A stretch of DNA of 64,000 nucleotides from Candidatus Cloacimonadales bacterium (GTDB lineage Bacteria > Cloacimonadota > Cloacimonadia > Cloacimonadales > JAFGVF01). Where the stretch lies: assembly GCA_963662585.1 (NCBI GenBank), contig OY759729.1, positions 1,784,234 through 1,848,233 of the forward strand, given 5' to 3'. How positions within the stretch are numbered: the first letter of the stretch is position 1; each line of letters opens with the position of its first letter. The notes below the pieces were generated by a model. That model was not told the origin of the DNA. It ran no database searches and worked only from the letters and a program-made list of their open reading frames with translations. Below, one piece after another: positions 47,075 to 57,154 of this stretch. A program made the translations under genes and the position numbers.

Positions 47075-47881
47075 ATGGAATTTTTTGAATCACTATTCAC
47101 TGTCTCATTTCTAAGAAATGCCTTATTAGCTGGATTAATGGCCAGCATTGTTTGCGGAGTTACTGGAAGCTTGGTTGTAGTTAAAAGAATATCTTTCGTT
47201 AGTGGAGCAATTGCTCATTCAGTTTTAGGTGGCATAGGAATAGCTTATTTCTTGAATATTTCTCCTACGATTGGGGCCTTTGTTTTTGCTATATTGGCTG
47301 CTATTTTAATTAGTATTATTAAACAGAAGAAGAAGCAAAACGAAGATACTGTTTTAAGCGCTTTTTGGGCTGTGGGTATGGCTATAGGTATCATATTTAT
47401 GTCAATGACTCCTGGTTATAACTCCAATCTAATGAGTTATCTTTTTGGGAACATACTTTTGGTTACCAACTCTGATCTTTGGTCTCTCTTGGCTTTGGTT
47501 TTTGTGATTGTCATTACAGTAGTAATATTTTACAGACAGTTCTTAGCAATGATTTTTGATGAAGAATATGCCCGGTTAAAGAAAATAAAGGTAAATTTTC
47601 TCTACACTCTTTTACTTATCTTGATTTCGCTTAGTGTAGTTATTCTTATTAGAGTAGTTGGTATTATTCTGGTCATTGCACTTCTTACCCTACCAGCAGC
47701 TATTTCAAGATTATTTAATCGTTCTATTGGGGGGATGATGTTCTGGGCTTCAATTTTGGGACTAGTTTTCACCTTTCTTGGTCTGTGGTTATCATATTTA
47801 CTAAATCTTCCTACAGGCTCTGTGATCATCGTTTTAGCTGGCATAAGCTATATTATAGGTGCTTTTGCTGTAAAGAAATAG
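47075..47881 (+). CDS. Metal ABC transporter permease (ZnuB-like)
   Basis: ATG 47075 (MEFFESLF…); the track start 47063 is a GTG. About 8 TM helices. Confidence 0.8.
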   Translation: MEFFESLFTVSFLRNALLAGLMASIVCGVTGSLVVVKRISFVSGAIAHSVLGGIGIAYFLNISPTIGAFVFAILAAILISIIKQKKKQNEDTVLSAFWAVGMAIGIIFMSMTPGYNSNLMSYLFGNILLVTNSDLWSLLALVFVIVITVVIFYRQFLAMIFDEEYARLKKIKVNFLYTLLLILISLSVVILIRVVGIILVIALLTLPAAISRLFNRSIGGMMFWASILGLVFTFLGLWLSYLLNLPTGSVIIVLAGISYIIGAFAVKK

Positions 47882-47899
47882 GGGTAGCTAACTACCCCT
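47880..47899. terminator. Hairpin between convergent genes (possible bidirectional terminator)
   Basis: AGGGGTAG-CTAA-CTACCCCT perfect 8-bp stem, but without a clear U-tract. Confidence 0.35.
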
Positions 47900-47920
47900 A
47901 AAGTTATTATATTTTAACTA

Positions 47921-48823
47921 TTAATTATTAGCTACAAGTAAACCCATTGCCATACAGAGCATTTTAGTCTCTCCTGAGTCTGCTCTTGAAGGAATAAGGA
48001 TTGGTACTTTAGTTCCCATAACAGCATGAGCTACGCGATAATTACAGTAATAAGTTAACATTTTACCATAAATATTACCTGCTTCAATATTAGGAACGAT
48101 GAGCACATCAGCTTTACCACCAACAGGAGAATTAATCCCTTTGATTTTACAAGCTTCTTCATCAATTGCATTATCAAATGCTAGAGGTCCATCTACTGTG
48201 CAACCTTTGATTTGTCCTCTCTTATTCATTGCTGAAATAATTGCTGCATCAATGGTTGCTGGCATTTTGGGATTTACCTTTTCAACTGCACAGATTAAGG
48301 CAATTTTAGGGTCTTTTATTCCAAAAGCTCTTGCTACTTGAGCTCCACTATTTACGATTGCCACTTTTTCAGCTAATTCAGGTAAGAGGTTGATTCCTCC
48401 ATCACCCATAAAAAGAATCTTCTCAGGATGTTCATAAGCAAGAATATCACAAATTACTTTACTAGTTCTAATTCCAGTTTCTTTATCTAAAACTGCTTTT
48501 AAGAGAAGAGCTGTATCAGCTTTTCCTTTCAAAATAACATGTCCTTTATTCTCTTTAGCTAAGCGGACACTCACTTTACAAGCTTCAACTAAATCACTGC
48601 CTGTATCGATAATTTCGAAAGTATCAGCAATTTCTGGAGCCATAGATTGTAAAAGATGCTTGATTTTTTCTGCATCTCCAACTAGAATACTGTCACAAAG
48701 ACCCTCTGTTTTTGCTAAGATTGCTGCTTCTAAAGGAAGTTCTCCTTGAGCTCCGGCAATAATTGCTTTTTTACCTTCAATAGCCTTGGCAGCTTCTAAC
48801 ATCTCTGTAAAGTTTTTAATCAT
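47921..48823 (-). CDS. Phosphate butyryltransferase / phosphotransacylase (PTA_PTB family)
   Basis: 300 aa. Length and overall sequence are typical of Ptb-type enzymes. No adjacent acyl kinase. Confidence 0.7.
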   Translation of the reverse strand: MIKNFTEMLEAAKAIEGKKAIIAGAQGELPLEAAILAKTEGLCDSILVGDAEKIKHLLQSMAPEIADTFEIIDTGSDLVEACKVSVRLAKENKGHVILKGKADTALLLKAVLDKETGIRTSKVICDILAYEHPEKILFMGDGGINLLPELAEKVAIVNSGAQVARAFGIKDPKIALICAVEKVNPKMPATIDAAIISAMNKRGQIKGCTVDGPLAFDNAIDEEACKIKGINSPVGGKADVLIVPNIEAGNIYGKMLTYYCNYRVAHAVMGTKVPILIPSRADSGETKMLCMAMGLLVANN

Positions 48824-48835
48824 TTCTCCTCCAAT

Positions 48836-49696
48836 TTATAATTCATTATTTTTAAAATATTCTTCAAACTTCTCTTTATGATAGGAAATCTTATCTCTGA
48901 TCTTCTCTAAAGCTATTATCTGAAGTTGCCTTACTCTCTCTCTTGATAGTCCCATTTTTTCTGCTATTTGAGCAAAGTTCTCCGATTTATTATCTTTCAA
49001 CCCGAAATAGGAATTGATGATAAATTTTTCTCTGGGACTTAAGGATTCAATCGCATTATCAATCTCTTGGGTAATCTTCTCTTTATAATAAATGGACTGG
49101 GGATCTTGAGATTCTATATTACTAATAAAATCTCCTAAAGATAAGCCTTCATCATCACCAATCTTAGAATCCATAGATAAGGTATCAACAATTTGATGCT
49201 TCAATTTCTTGATAATTTTCTCATTTATATCTGTATTATTACTAAGTTCTTGGTCCGAAGCATGCCGTCCTGTTTTAGTATAAATAGAAGATTCTGTCGA
49301 TTTTAGTTTATAAGCAGTATTGATTTTTCCAAGAGGAACTTTTATCATCGAACTTCTTTCAGCTACTGCTTGCATAATCTTTTGCTTTATCCACCAGATA
49401 GCATAAGAGATAAGTTTTATATTTTTATCAGGGTCAAATTTTTGAATTGCTCTGATTAATCCTAAGTTTCCTTCACTAATGAGCTCTGATAAAGTTAAGC
49501 CACGATTCTGATATTTAGCTGCTATTTTAACCACAAACTTTAAATTAGCTTGGAGAAGCTTATTCATTGCGTCTTGGTCTCCTCTTGCTGCTTTTATCGC
49601 GAGAGCATTCTCCTCTTCTCTAGTATAAGTACCAAATTTGGAAATCTGGTTTAAATAACTCTGAAGAGCTCTGTCAGAAAATACATTTTCACTCAT
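48836..49696 (-). CDS. Sigma-70 family RNA polymerase sigma factor (RpoS/RpoD-like, 286 aa)
   Basis: Region 2 FDPDKNIKLISYAIWWIKQ and region 4 HTH IAEKMGLSRERVRQL. Confidence 0.8.
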   Translation of the reverse strand: MSENVFSDRALQSYLNQISKFGTYTREEENALAIKAARGDQDAMNKLLQANLKFVVKIAAKYQNRGLTLSELISEGNLGLIRAIQKFDPDKNIKLISYAIWWIKQKIMQAVAERSSMIKVPLGKINTAYKLKSTESSIYTKTGRHASDQELSNNTDINEKIIKKLKHQIVDTLSMDSKIGDDEGLSLGDFISNIESQDPQSIYYKEKITQEIDNAIESLSPREKFIINSYFGLKDNKSENFAQIAEKMGLSRERVRQLQIIALEKIRDKISYHKEKFEEYFKNNEL

Positions 49697-49723
49697 CTTT
49701 TATCTCCTAATTATCTGTATAAA

Positions 49724-50713
49724 TTATATCTTCTTAAGAGTATTAATCTCTGATATAATTTTAGCAGGGTCAATTGGTTTATTAGCCACTCTAATCTCAA
49801 AATGTAGATGTGGACCAGTTGATCGTCCAGTTGAGCCTAAGCGGGCAATTATATCACCCTTATTTACTTTATCACTCTTTTTTACTAAATTAATCTCGTT
49901 GTGGGCATAAACTGTTACAACATCTTTACCATGCTCAATAACTATGACATTTCCATAGTCCCTTAAAAAGCCAGTATAGCTGACTGTTCCAGAATAAGCT
50001 GCCTTTATTTCAGTACCTGGGGGAGCAGTTATATCAACCCCTTTGTGGAGACTTCCTCTTCTCATCCCAAAAGGAGATGAAATTCTACCACTCACAGGTA
50101 ACAAATAGCTATTTTTCCACTCTTGAGGGAAGCTACTCGCCTTTCCTTCATTAGGTGAAGAGAAAAGAGTTGAAGATTTAGTGCCTGTTTGGGAAATTTT
50201 AGGCTGAGAAATCTTATCCTTCTTTTTAGCTTCTTCAATATTCTTTTTTTGCTTCTTTTTAGCTTCAAATTTCTTAATATATAATTCTTGATCAATTGAT
50301 ATAAGATCTGTATCAAGATTATTTATCTCTTTTAACTGAGAAACTGTTAATCCAAAATTTCTACTAATCCCATATAGTGTATCCCCTGCTTTAACTTTGT
50401 AGAGCAGACCATCTTTACTTTTTAAAGAGTTATACTCTTTTTCTACTATTTGATTATCTTTAACATAAGTTTCTTTTATTGCTAAATCATGGTTAGCTAA
50501 AGGAATATAAAGTCTTTCACCTATTATCAAGTCTGCAAAATATTTATCATTATAATACATAAGTGCAGAGACAGGTACATTATACTCGCTACTTATTTTA
50601 GATAATGTATCGCCACTTTTAACTACATAAATAAAACCTTCACTTTTTCCCTTATTAAAGGAACAAGCAGAAAGTAGTATCATTAATATTAAAAGTAGCA
50701 GTTTTATTTTCAT
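49724..50713 (-). CDS. LysM-domain M23 peptidase lipoprotein (NlpD-like)
   Basis: Lipobox LLSAC. Two LysM repeats (YVVKSGDTLSKIS, YKVKAGDTLYGIS). M23 motifs HKGVD and GPHLHFE. Confidence 0.8.
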   Translation of the reverse strand: MKIKLLLLILMILLSACSFNKGKSEGFIYVVKSGDTLSKISSEYNVPVSALMYYNDKYFADLIIGERLYIPLANHDLAIKETYVKDNQIVEKEYNSLKSKDGLLYKVKAGDTLYGISRNFGLTVSQLKEINNLDTDLISIDQELYIKKFEAKKKQKKNIEEAKKKDKISQPKISQTGTKSSTLFSSPNEGKASSFPQEWKNSYLLPVSGRISSPFGMRRGSLHKGVDITAPPGTEIKAAYSGTVSYTGFLRDYGNVIVIEHGKDVVTVYAHNEINLVKKSDKVNKGDIIARLGSTGRSTGPHLHFEIRVANKPIDPAKIISEINTLKKI

Positions 50714-50979
50714 TTAATAGCAAATCCTTCATACTCTTTCACTAAAGGTATTTTGAAGGAAGTAACCTTCTCTACTCGGGAGAAAGTATTTCCTTTTTCT
50801 AATTTATCAAGAAATAAGTTTATCCTAAATTCCTCTCCTGTGGCAATTATATAAACTTCTCTTGTGAACCTATTCTTCACATAGCCTGAAATGTTATATT
50901 GGTGAGCTAGGCCTAAGACAAATCGTCTAAACCCCACACCTTGAACTTTTCCCGTAACTACAATTTCGCAACTTATCAT
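50710..50979 (-). CDS. Acylphosphatase
   Basis: 89 aa. VTGKVQGVGFRRF and GYVKN motifs. Confidence 0.8.
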   Translation of the reverse strand: MISCEIVVTGKVQGVGFRRFVLGLAHQYNISGYVKNRFTREVYIIATGEEFRINLFLDKLEKGNTFSRVEKVTSFKIPLVKEYEGFAIK

Positions 50980-51238
50980 AAGTATTAGAATAAAACAATA
51001 ATTGAATTGATGTCAAGATAAAAGTTTTATAATTTTACAAAATCTATAAAGTTTTACAAATTTAGAGTGATTTAAAGCTAGATCTGCTATTCTCGAAAGA
51101 GACAGTATGAATTGGGATTTAGCTGAAATAATTTCTGATTTTTGTAGTTTAACTATTAATATCTGCTTTTTAAGTAAATAATTTGCTTTTTTCTAAATAA
51201 ACTCTTGCCAAAAAAAAGAATGGTTTATAAAAAAGAGA

Positions 51239-53074
51239 TTGAGACAAAATGATAATAGGATAAAGGATTTGAAAATTAATAAAGTACTGTTGATGATATT
51301 AAGTTTATTGGGATTAAGCTATCTAATAGGTGAAGAAGCAGTTCTTCACTATCTTTTAGAAGCAGATAAATTTACTTATCATTTAATTGAAAAAGAAGAT
51401 AAGCTAAATATAGATAACCTAAACTCAGATCTTTTAGATTGGTATAGTATAGATTACTTAAACTATAAAGAGAAGAAAAATACTGAAAAGATTCTCTATA
51501 GGTTAGAGTTACCTGATTCATTAGGAGCTCAAAATAGGATTTTTTTTGTAGGTTATTATACAGCTTTTAGAATTTACTATGATTCTCAAGAAATCTATGC
51601 AGATACTACTCGCTCAGAGTTTATTCATCTTTTTACTTTAAATTATCAGCCTAATGAAAAGTATCTCTACTTCCTCTATGATGAGGTAATTCCTGGTTAT
51701 CCTGTTCCTTTTTCTTTAGTCTTTTTAAATGAAGATCTCACAGATACGCCATTTGTATATTTAATTATAGAATTAATTTTTGTGCAAATGCTCAACTACT
51801 CGGTTGCTATATTCTTCTTTTTAATAGCCTTGATTAGTCTATTTCTTCTTCTGAGAAGTGCCAAATCTATTAAGAAATATGTGTTTGCTGTCTTTATTTA
51901 CTCCCTAATAATTGGACTTGATCATGGTCTGAATACCCTTCTAATGGCCTATACTGGAGTATCACCAAAGATATACTATTGGATTGATTCCATGATGTTC
52001 CAACTTTTCTTAATTATGATTGTTACGATGGCAGATTATATCTTCTCTGATGGCAAATCTAAGTTTTTACGCCTGTTAAAATACCTGATTATTTTACTTA
52101 CAGTCGTTAATTTATTAGTAACTAACTTTATCCAGTTCTTCACCTTTTTTGATAAGCTGAATTTTGCTTTATATGCTATCACTATTATCTATTTAATTAT
52201 TTATTTAATCAAGAAATTTAGATTTATAAAAGAAAAACTTAATATATTTGTGGCTATTATCTTTATTTTAGCCCCCATGCTAATGTTTGTAACTCGTAAT
52301 CTTAAGTATGTCCCTTATGTCTCATCAATTTATGTTCTTATCTCTGTATCAATTCTCTATATCTTTGTCTATAATTTCTTTGCTAGATTTAGAAATAATG
52401 AAACTATTTTAATCAATACTAAGCTAGATCTACAAGAGAAAGAGAATGAAATTCTCAGATTAGAAAAAGACCAACTTAAGAGCAGTGTTTCTCATTTGAA
52501 AGGACAGCTCAATCCTCACTTCTTATTTAACAGCCTATCAACCTTAACAGGGATTATTACTCTTGATCAAGAAAAAGCAGTTAATTATGTTGAAGAATTA
52601 TCTTCTATGTATCGGTATGTACTGCAAACCGATAGTAAAGAACTTATAGATTTAGGCTCTGAGTTAGATTTAATTAATTCTTATAACTATTTAATCAAAA
52701 TGAAATATGGCAAAAACTATTGCCTAAATATAGATATTGATGATGAGTACTTAGAGTACAAACTCCCACCTTTATCGCTTCAAACTATGTTGGAAAATGT
52801 CTTTAAGCATAACACCATAGATATTAATCACAAAATGAATATTGACATCTTTATGGAGAAAATGTTTATTGTAATTATTAATGATATTCATGAGAAAGCC
52901 TCTGCTTTCCAATATAAAGAGAAATTACCAGGTATAGGTCAGCAGAATATTACAGCTATTTACCAATACTATGGTCATGAAAAACCAAGTTATGAGATAG
53001 TAGAAAATAAATATATTGTAAAAATACCACTAATAGATAAGGATGTAAAAAATGTTAAATATACTAATCATTGA
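51239..53074 (+). CDS. LytS/YehU-type sensor histidine kinase with multi-TM sensor domain
   Basis: 611 aa. His_kinase motif LNPHFLFNSLS. The start is uncertain (TTG 51239 or ATG 51293). Confidence 0.75.
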   Translation: MRQNDNRIKDLKINKVLLMILSLLGLSYLIGEEAVLHYLLEADKFTYHLIEKEDKLNIDNLNSDLLDWYSIDYLNYKEKKNTEKILYRLELPDSLGAQNRIFFVGYYTAFRIYYDSQEIYADTTRSEFIHLFTLNYQPNEKYLYFLYDEVIPGYPVPFSLVFLNEDLTDTPFVYLIIELIFVQMLNYSVAIFFFLIALISLFLLLRSAKSIKKYVFAVFIYSLIIGLDHGLNTLLMAYTGVSPKIYYWIDSMMFQLFLIMIVTMADYIFSDGKSKFLRLLKYLIILLTVVNLLVTNFIQFFTFFDKLNFALYAITIIYLIIYLIKKFRFIKEKLNIFVAIIFILAPMLMFVTRNLKYVPYVSSIYVLISVSILYIFVYNFFARFRNNETILINTKLDLQEKENEILRLEKDQLKSSVSHLKGQLNPHFLFNSLSTLTGIITLDQEKAVNYVEELSSMYRYVLQTDSKELIDLGSELDLINSYNYLIKMKYGKNYCLNIDIDDEYLEYKLPPLSLQTMLENVFKHNTIDINHKMNIDIFMEKMFIVIINDIHEKASAFQYKEKLPGIGQQNITAIYQYYGHEKPSYEIVENKYIVKIPLIDKDVKNVKYTNH

Positions 53075-53843
53075 AGATGAAGAAATTATTGCTCAACGCT
53101 TAGTTCAGTTATTAAATCAAATACAAGTTGATTACCATCTTTGTGGCATATTAGGTTCTGTACAGGAAACTATTGAATGGTTAACCCAAAATGATCAGCC
53201 TGATTTAATTTTTGCCGATATTCAATTATCAGATGGTAACAGTTTTTCTATCTTCAAAGCTGTAACCGTTAAGTCAAAAATTATTTTCACAACCTCTTAT
53301 GATGAATTTGCCCTTGATGCTTTCAATGTCAATAGCGTAGATTATCTCCTTAAACCTATTACTGCCAAAAAACTACAAAAATCTTTTGAAAAACTAGAAG
53401 AAATGACCTTAGCCTTTGCTCATAATCAAGAAGAAAAGAGTGATGAATCAGAAGAAGAAAAAATTGCTCATCTGTTAGATTATCTAGATCATAAAGATAA
53501 AGGTTTTAGAAATCGCTTCCTAATCAAAATGGGTAACTCCTATAAATCTATTACTGCCGAAGAGATAGCTTATTTCTTTGTTTCTAACAAAACTACTTAT
53601 CTCATGACTTTTACAAAAAGAAAGTACTCCTTAGATACTCCCCTAGATGAACTCGATAAAGAACTTGATACTAAACTTTTTTTTAGAATTAACCGTCAAA
53701 TGATTGTTAATATTAATGCTATTCAAGAAATTCATACCTTCTTTAATAGTAGATTACTTCTAAATATTGATCCTTCTTTTGAGGAAGATGTATTGGTTAC
53801 CAGATCTAATATTGCCAAGTTTAAAGATTGGATGAATAGCTAA
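53052..53843 (+). CDS. LytTR-family response regulator
   Basis: 263 aa. Receiver (ILIIEDEE…DLIFADIQLSDGNS…DYLLKP) plus a C-terminal LytTR DNA-binding domain. Confidence 0.85.
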   Translation: MLNILIIEDEEIIAQRLVQLLNQIQVDYHLCGILGSVQETIEWLTQNDQPDLIFADIQLSDGNSFSIFKAVTVKSKIIFTTSYDEFALDAFNVNSVDYLLKPITAKKLQKSFEKLEEMTLAFAHNQEEKSDESEEEKIAHLLDYLDHKDKGFRNRFLIKMGNSYKSITAEEIAYFFVSNKTTYLMTFTKRKYSLDTPLDELDKELDTKLFFRINRQMIVNINAIQEIHTFFNSRLLLNIDPSFEEDVLVTRSNIAKFKDWMNS

Positions 53844-53862
53844 AAAGCAAATTTATAATTTA

Positions 53863-53927
53863 GAATGGAGAATGGAGAATGGAGAATTGAGAGACAGAGA
53901 GACAGAGAGACAAAGAGACAGAGAGAA
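53863..53927. repeat. Microsatellite block: (GAATGGA)3-GAATTGA then (GAGAGA/GAGACA) hexamers
   Basis: Read directly from the sequence. Starts 20 nt after the response-regulator stop. Confidence 0.85.
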
Positions 53928-54320
53928 GAAAAATCTACCAATAATTTCACGAATTAAGAAAATATCCTGAAGGGATTAAATAGATTAGCCCAGGGTCTCA
54001 TTTTTTGAAGAAAAATTGACCCTGGGTATGGTACACCAATATTTATTTAACCCTGTCTTGTGAAGGCGAAGCATTAGCGTAGACTCAAAGGGTTTAATAG
54101 AGAAAATAATAATTACTAAAAAATCGGTCAAATTATTTAGGACTGAACATTCACACGAATTAACGCGAATGTAGGGGCCAATTGCCATACGCCTTCTTGA
54201 AAAGTTCCCTAACACAAAGTTTTTAAGAAAAGTTTTGAGAATGTGATAAGATCTCTTCAGCCGGATTGCATGCACCCTTGCATGCGAAAAACCTTATAAA
54301 AATCTAATGTTATCTTATTA

Positions 54321-55973
54321 CTAATCTTTCCGACACCTAAGTTATTGCAAATAAACTACTAATTTGCACATCATAGCGACTCATATGTCTTTTTATCAGT
54401 TAATTATGCAATTCTGCCATTATACCGAATATCTACCTCTGTGATTTTATCTATAATTTCTTCATTTTCAAAGAATTTTCTTATCATGATATCAACATCC
54501 TTTCTTAACTCAGTTAAATTTGTGTATCCATAAGCTATTGAATAATCGATGAAGTCTTTTACTTTTTGAGTAAAAATCGTATTAATAAATATGATTAATG
54601 ATGCATCTTCAAGCTCTTCATAAAATTCAATTAATAACTGTTCCATAGAAGGATATGGTTTTTGCTGTTTTTTGTAACATAGTATGTTATAAAAAACATA
54701 CCTAATAGTCAAATCAGCTATCATAGCAGAGTATTTTGAAGAATGGCTCTGATTATATCCAAAATATTGTTTAATCTCTTTAAATACACATTCTATTGAC
54801 CATCTTCTCATATAAATTTTTAAAACTTCTATTTCTGAAAGTTGTAAATCAGTTGCTAAAATAGCCTTCCATCTTTTAACATTAGGGTACTTAAAAAAGC
54901 ATATTTTAATCTTTTCTATTACTTTTCTTTCATTTATTTTTCTTGAACTTGAAGTATCTAATAATTCAACAATAACAGATTTATATTTTATTCCGGATTT
55001 CCTATCATAAAACCATTTACCAGCTATTTTGTTTAGGGTTTTCAAATCATAATATTGACCTTTAAACTTATATTTCTGGGAACCATTTTTTAACATAGAC
55101 ACTAGTGTTATTCCAAGTGGTACAAGTCTTTTAAATACAAAGTTATAACTTGTGTTGTTATTGAACCAAGAATCCCATAATACATATTTAAAAGGTATTT
55201 TTCTCTGAATAGTGCGTTTTATCATTTTAATTACAATTTGAGTCTTCTTTTCTTTTGAGAAACGATTTCTTTGCTCAGTATGAGTGCCTTTGTGGTATCT
55301 GGGTCTTTTTGACTTTTTGACTTTTTTCTTTCCAATTTTTAATTCAAAATCTAATACAATAGCTGATAACCCATTACTCCACACTTCAGTTATGTTTTGA
55401 AACCCTTTGAAGTATTTTGATAAACAGTGATCATGAAACCAACTGATATATTCTGTCTTTTTCCCTGTTTTTACTTTCGATGTATCATCAAAAATTATAC
55501 AATTATCATTTTCACAGGAAGTATCACTTAGCTTAATAAACCTTAAAGCAACTTTATATAATAGATTTCTCCATTTATAATTAGAGTTGTTTAGCATATC
55601 ATTAATGGGTGTTTTAAATTTTGATATATTATTGAATTTTAGACCAAAATATAAGGATTTTTTATTCTCAAGAATCATGAACATAAAAAGAAGCATCAAT
55701 TCAATGATGGTATGACCTTTTTGTTTTACTATACCAACTTGCTTCAAAATACTTCCAAATTTAAATATTTCAAATAACTCTATTATTAATCCTGAATTCA
55801 AGCTTGACACTTTTACCTGTTTGTATTTTTTTAGCATATATACCTCGTTTTTTATAGTTTCGTTTATTTCCGTAAACAACTAAACTATAATCATATACGA
55901 GGTATTTTTGTCAATATCTATTTTTATCTATTTTATTGTTACACAACAACTTAATTCATGTCGGAAAGATTAG
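54321..55973 (-). mobile_element. IS4-family insertion sequence (1653 bp)
   Basis: 15-bp perfect terminal inverted repeats CTAATCTTTCCGACA. 6-bp direct duplication TTATTA (54315-54320 / 55974-55979). An uninterrupted paralogous site occurs at ~56451-56470. Confidence 0.8.
54404..55879 (-). CDS. IS4-family DDE transposase
   Basis: 491 aa. D (IIFDDTS), D (VLWDSWF) and an exact Y-x2-R-x3-E-x6-K signature (YMRRWSIECVFKEIK). Confidence 0.8.
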   Translation of the reverse strand: MFTEINETIKNEVYMLKKYKQVKVSSLNSGLIIELFEIFKFGSILKQVGIVKQKGHTIIELMLLFMFMILENKKSLYFGLKFNNISKFKTPINDMLNNSNYKWRNLLYKVALRFIKLSDTSCENDNCIIFDDTSKVKTGKKTEYISWFHDHCLSKYFKGFQNITEVWSNGLSAIVLDFELKIGKKKVKKSKRPRYHKGTHTEQRNRFSKEKKTQIVIKMIKRTIQRKIPFKYVLWDSWFNNNTSYNFVFKRLVPLGITLVSMLKNGSQKYKFKGQYYDLKTLNKIAGKWFYDRKSGIKYKSVIVELLDTSSSRKINERKVIEKIKICFFKYPNVKRWKAILATDLQLSEIEVLKIYMRRWSIECVFKEIKQYFGYNQSHSSKYSAMIADLTIRYVFYNILCYKKQQKPYPSMEQLLIEFYEELEDASLIIFINTIFTQKVKDFIDYSIAYGYTNLTELRKDVDIMIRKFFENEEIIDKITEVDIRYNGRIA

Positions 55974-57110
55974 TTATTATTGTCTTATGTGGAAGCAGAG
56001 ACGCTTCCACTCCATAGAAGAAAACACCCCCTGTGTCCCCCTCACGGAGGGGGATTTAAGATTCACGGACTAAAGGTCCGTAACCGTAACCCCAGTTCTT
56101 CAATCCCAAAGGGATTAAATAGATTAGCCCAGGGTCTCATTTTTTGAAGAAAAATTGACCCTGGGTATGGTACACCAATATTTGTGTAACCCTGTCTTGT
56201 GAAGGCGAAGCATTAGCGTAGACTCAAAGGGTTTAATAGAGAAAATAATAATTACTAAAAAATCGGTCAAATTATTTAGGACTGAACATTCACACGAATT
56301 AACGCGAATGTAGGGGCCTATTGCCATACGCCTTCTTGAAAAGTTCCCTAACACAAAGTTTTTAAGAAAAGTTTTGAGAATGTGATAAGATCTCTTCTGC
56401 CGGATTGCATGCACCCTTGCATGCGAAAAACCTTATAAAAATCTAATGTTATCTTATTATTGTCTTATGTGGAAGCAGAGACGCTTCCACTCCATAGAAG
56501 AAAACACCCCCTGTGTCCCCCTCACGGAGGGGGATTTAAGATTCACGGACTAAAGGTCCGTAACCCCAGTTAATCACTAAAGATGATAGTTTACAGCATG
56601 ATAATCCCTCTTCTGCCGGATTGCATGCACCCTTGCATGCGAAAAACCTTATAAAAATCTAATGTTATCTTATTATTGTCTTATGTGGAAGCAGAGAGGC
56701 TTCCACTCCATAGAAGAAAACACCCCCTGTGTCCCCCTCACGGAGGGGGATTTGAGATTCACGGACTAAAGGTCCGTAACCCCAGTTCTTCAATCCCAAA
56801 GGGATTAAATAGATTAGCCCTGGGTCTCATTTTTTGAAGAAAAATTGACCCTGGGTATGGTACACCAATATTCGTGTAACCCTGTAAGGTTTTATCACAC
56901 TCTTGAAATTCTCTCCATTTCCCTTGCTCTGTGACTGTCATCTCAAATATTATTTGAATTTTATTCGTAATATCATTAATGGAGCATTAAGAGACTAAGA
57001 GAAAAGGAAAGAAAAAGCAGAATTGTAGAAAAGGATAAAAGCTATAATATCAACAATTTACGAATCTAAAATCTAAAGTAAAAGATAATAATATAAAAAA
57101 GATATTGACA

Positions 57111-57130
57111 GTTTGACGAATTTGTCAAAC
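57111..57130 (+). promoter_or_regulatory. Palindromic candidate ArsR operator overlapping the ars promoter region
   Basis: GTTTGAC-GAATTT-GTCAAAC perfect 7-bp inverted repeat, 25 nt upstream of the arsR ATG, flanked by TTGACA/TTGACG -35-like hexamers. Confidence 0.45.
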
Positions 57131-57154
57131 TTGAAATTATCAGGAGATAAAACT

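Larger units (their letters stand above)
53928..56945. repeat. Second, inverted and module-shuffled copy of the hairpin array (3 J repeats), interrupted by an IS
   Basis: Reverse-complement J copies at 54244-54301, 56383-56440 and 56599-56656. A ~290-bp C module occurs twice (offset 2139 bp, about 480 bp once the IS is removed). A-like bodies have one module swapped. Confidence 0.8.

Noticed and set aside
53985-56414. Two 96-aa minus-strand ORFs (53985-54275, 56124-56414) and the 60-aa ORF 56759-56941
   Set aside because: They lie wholly within the C/J repeat modules and start inside the reverse-complement J hairpin. Their duplication is explained by the tandem repeat.
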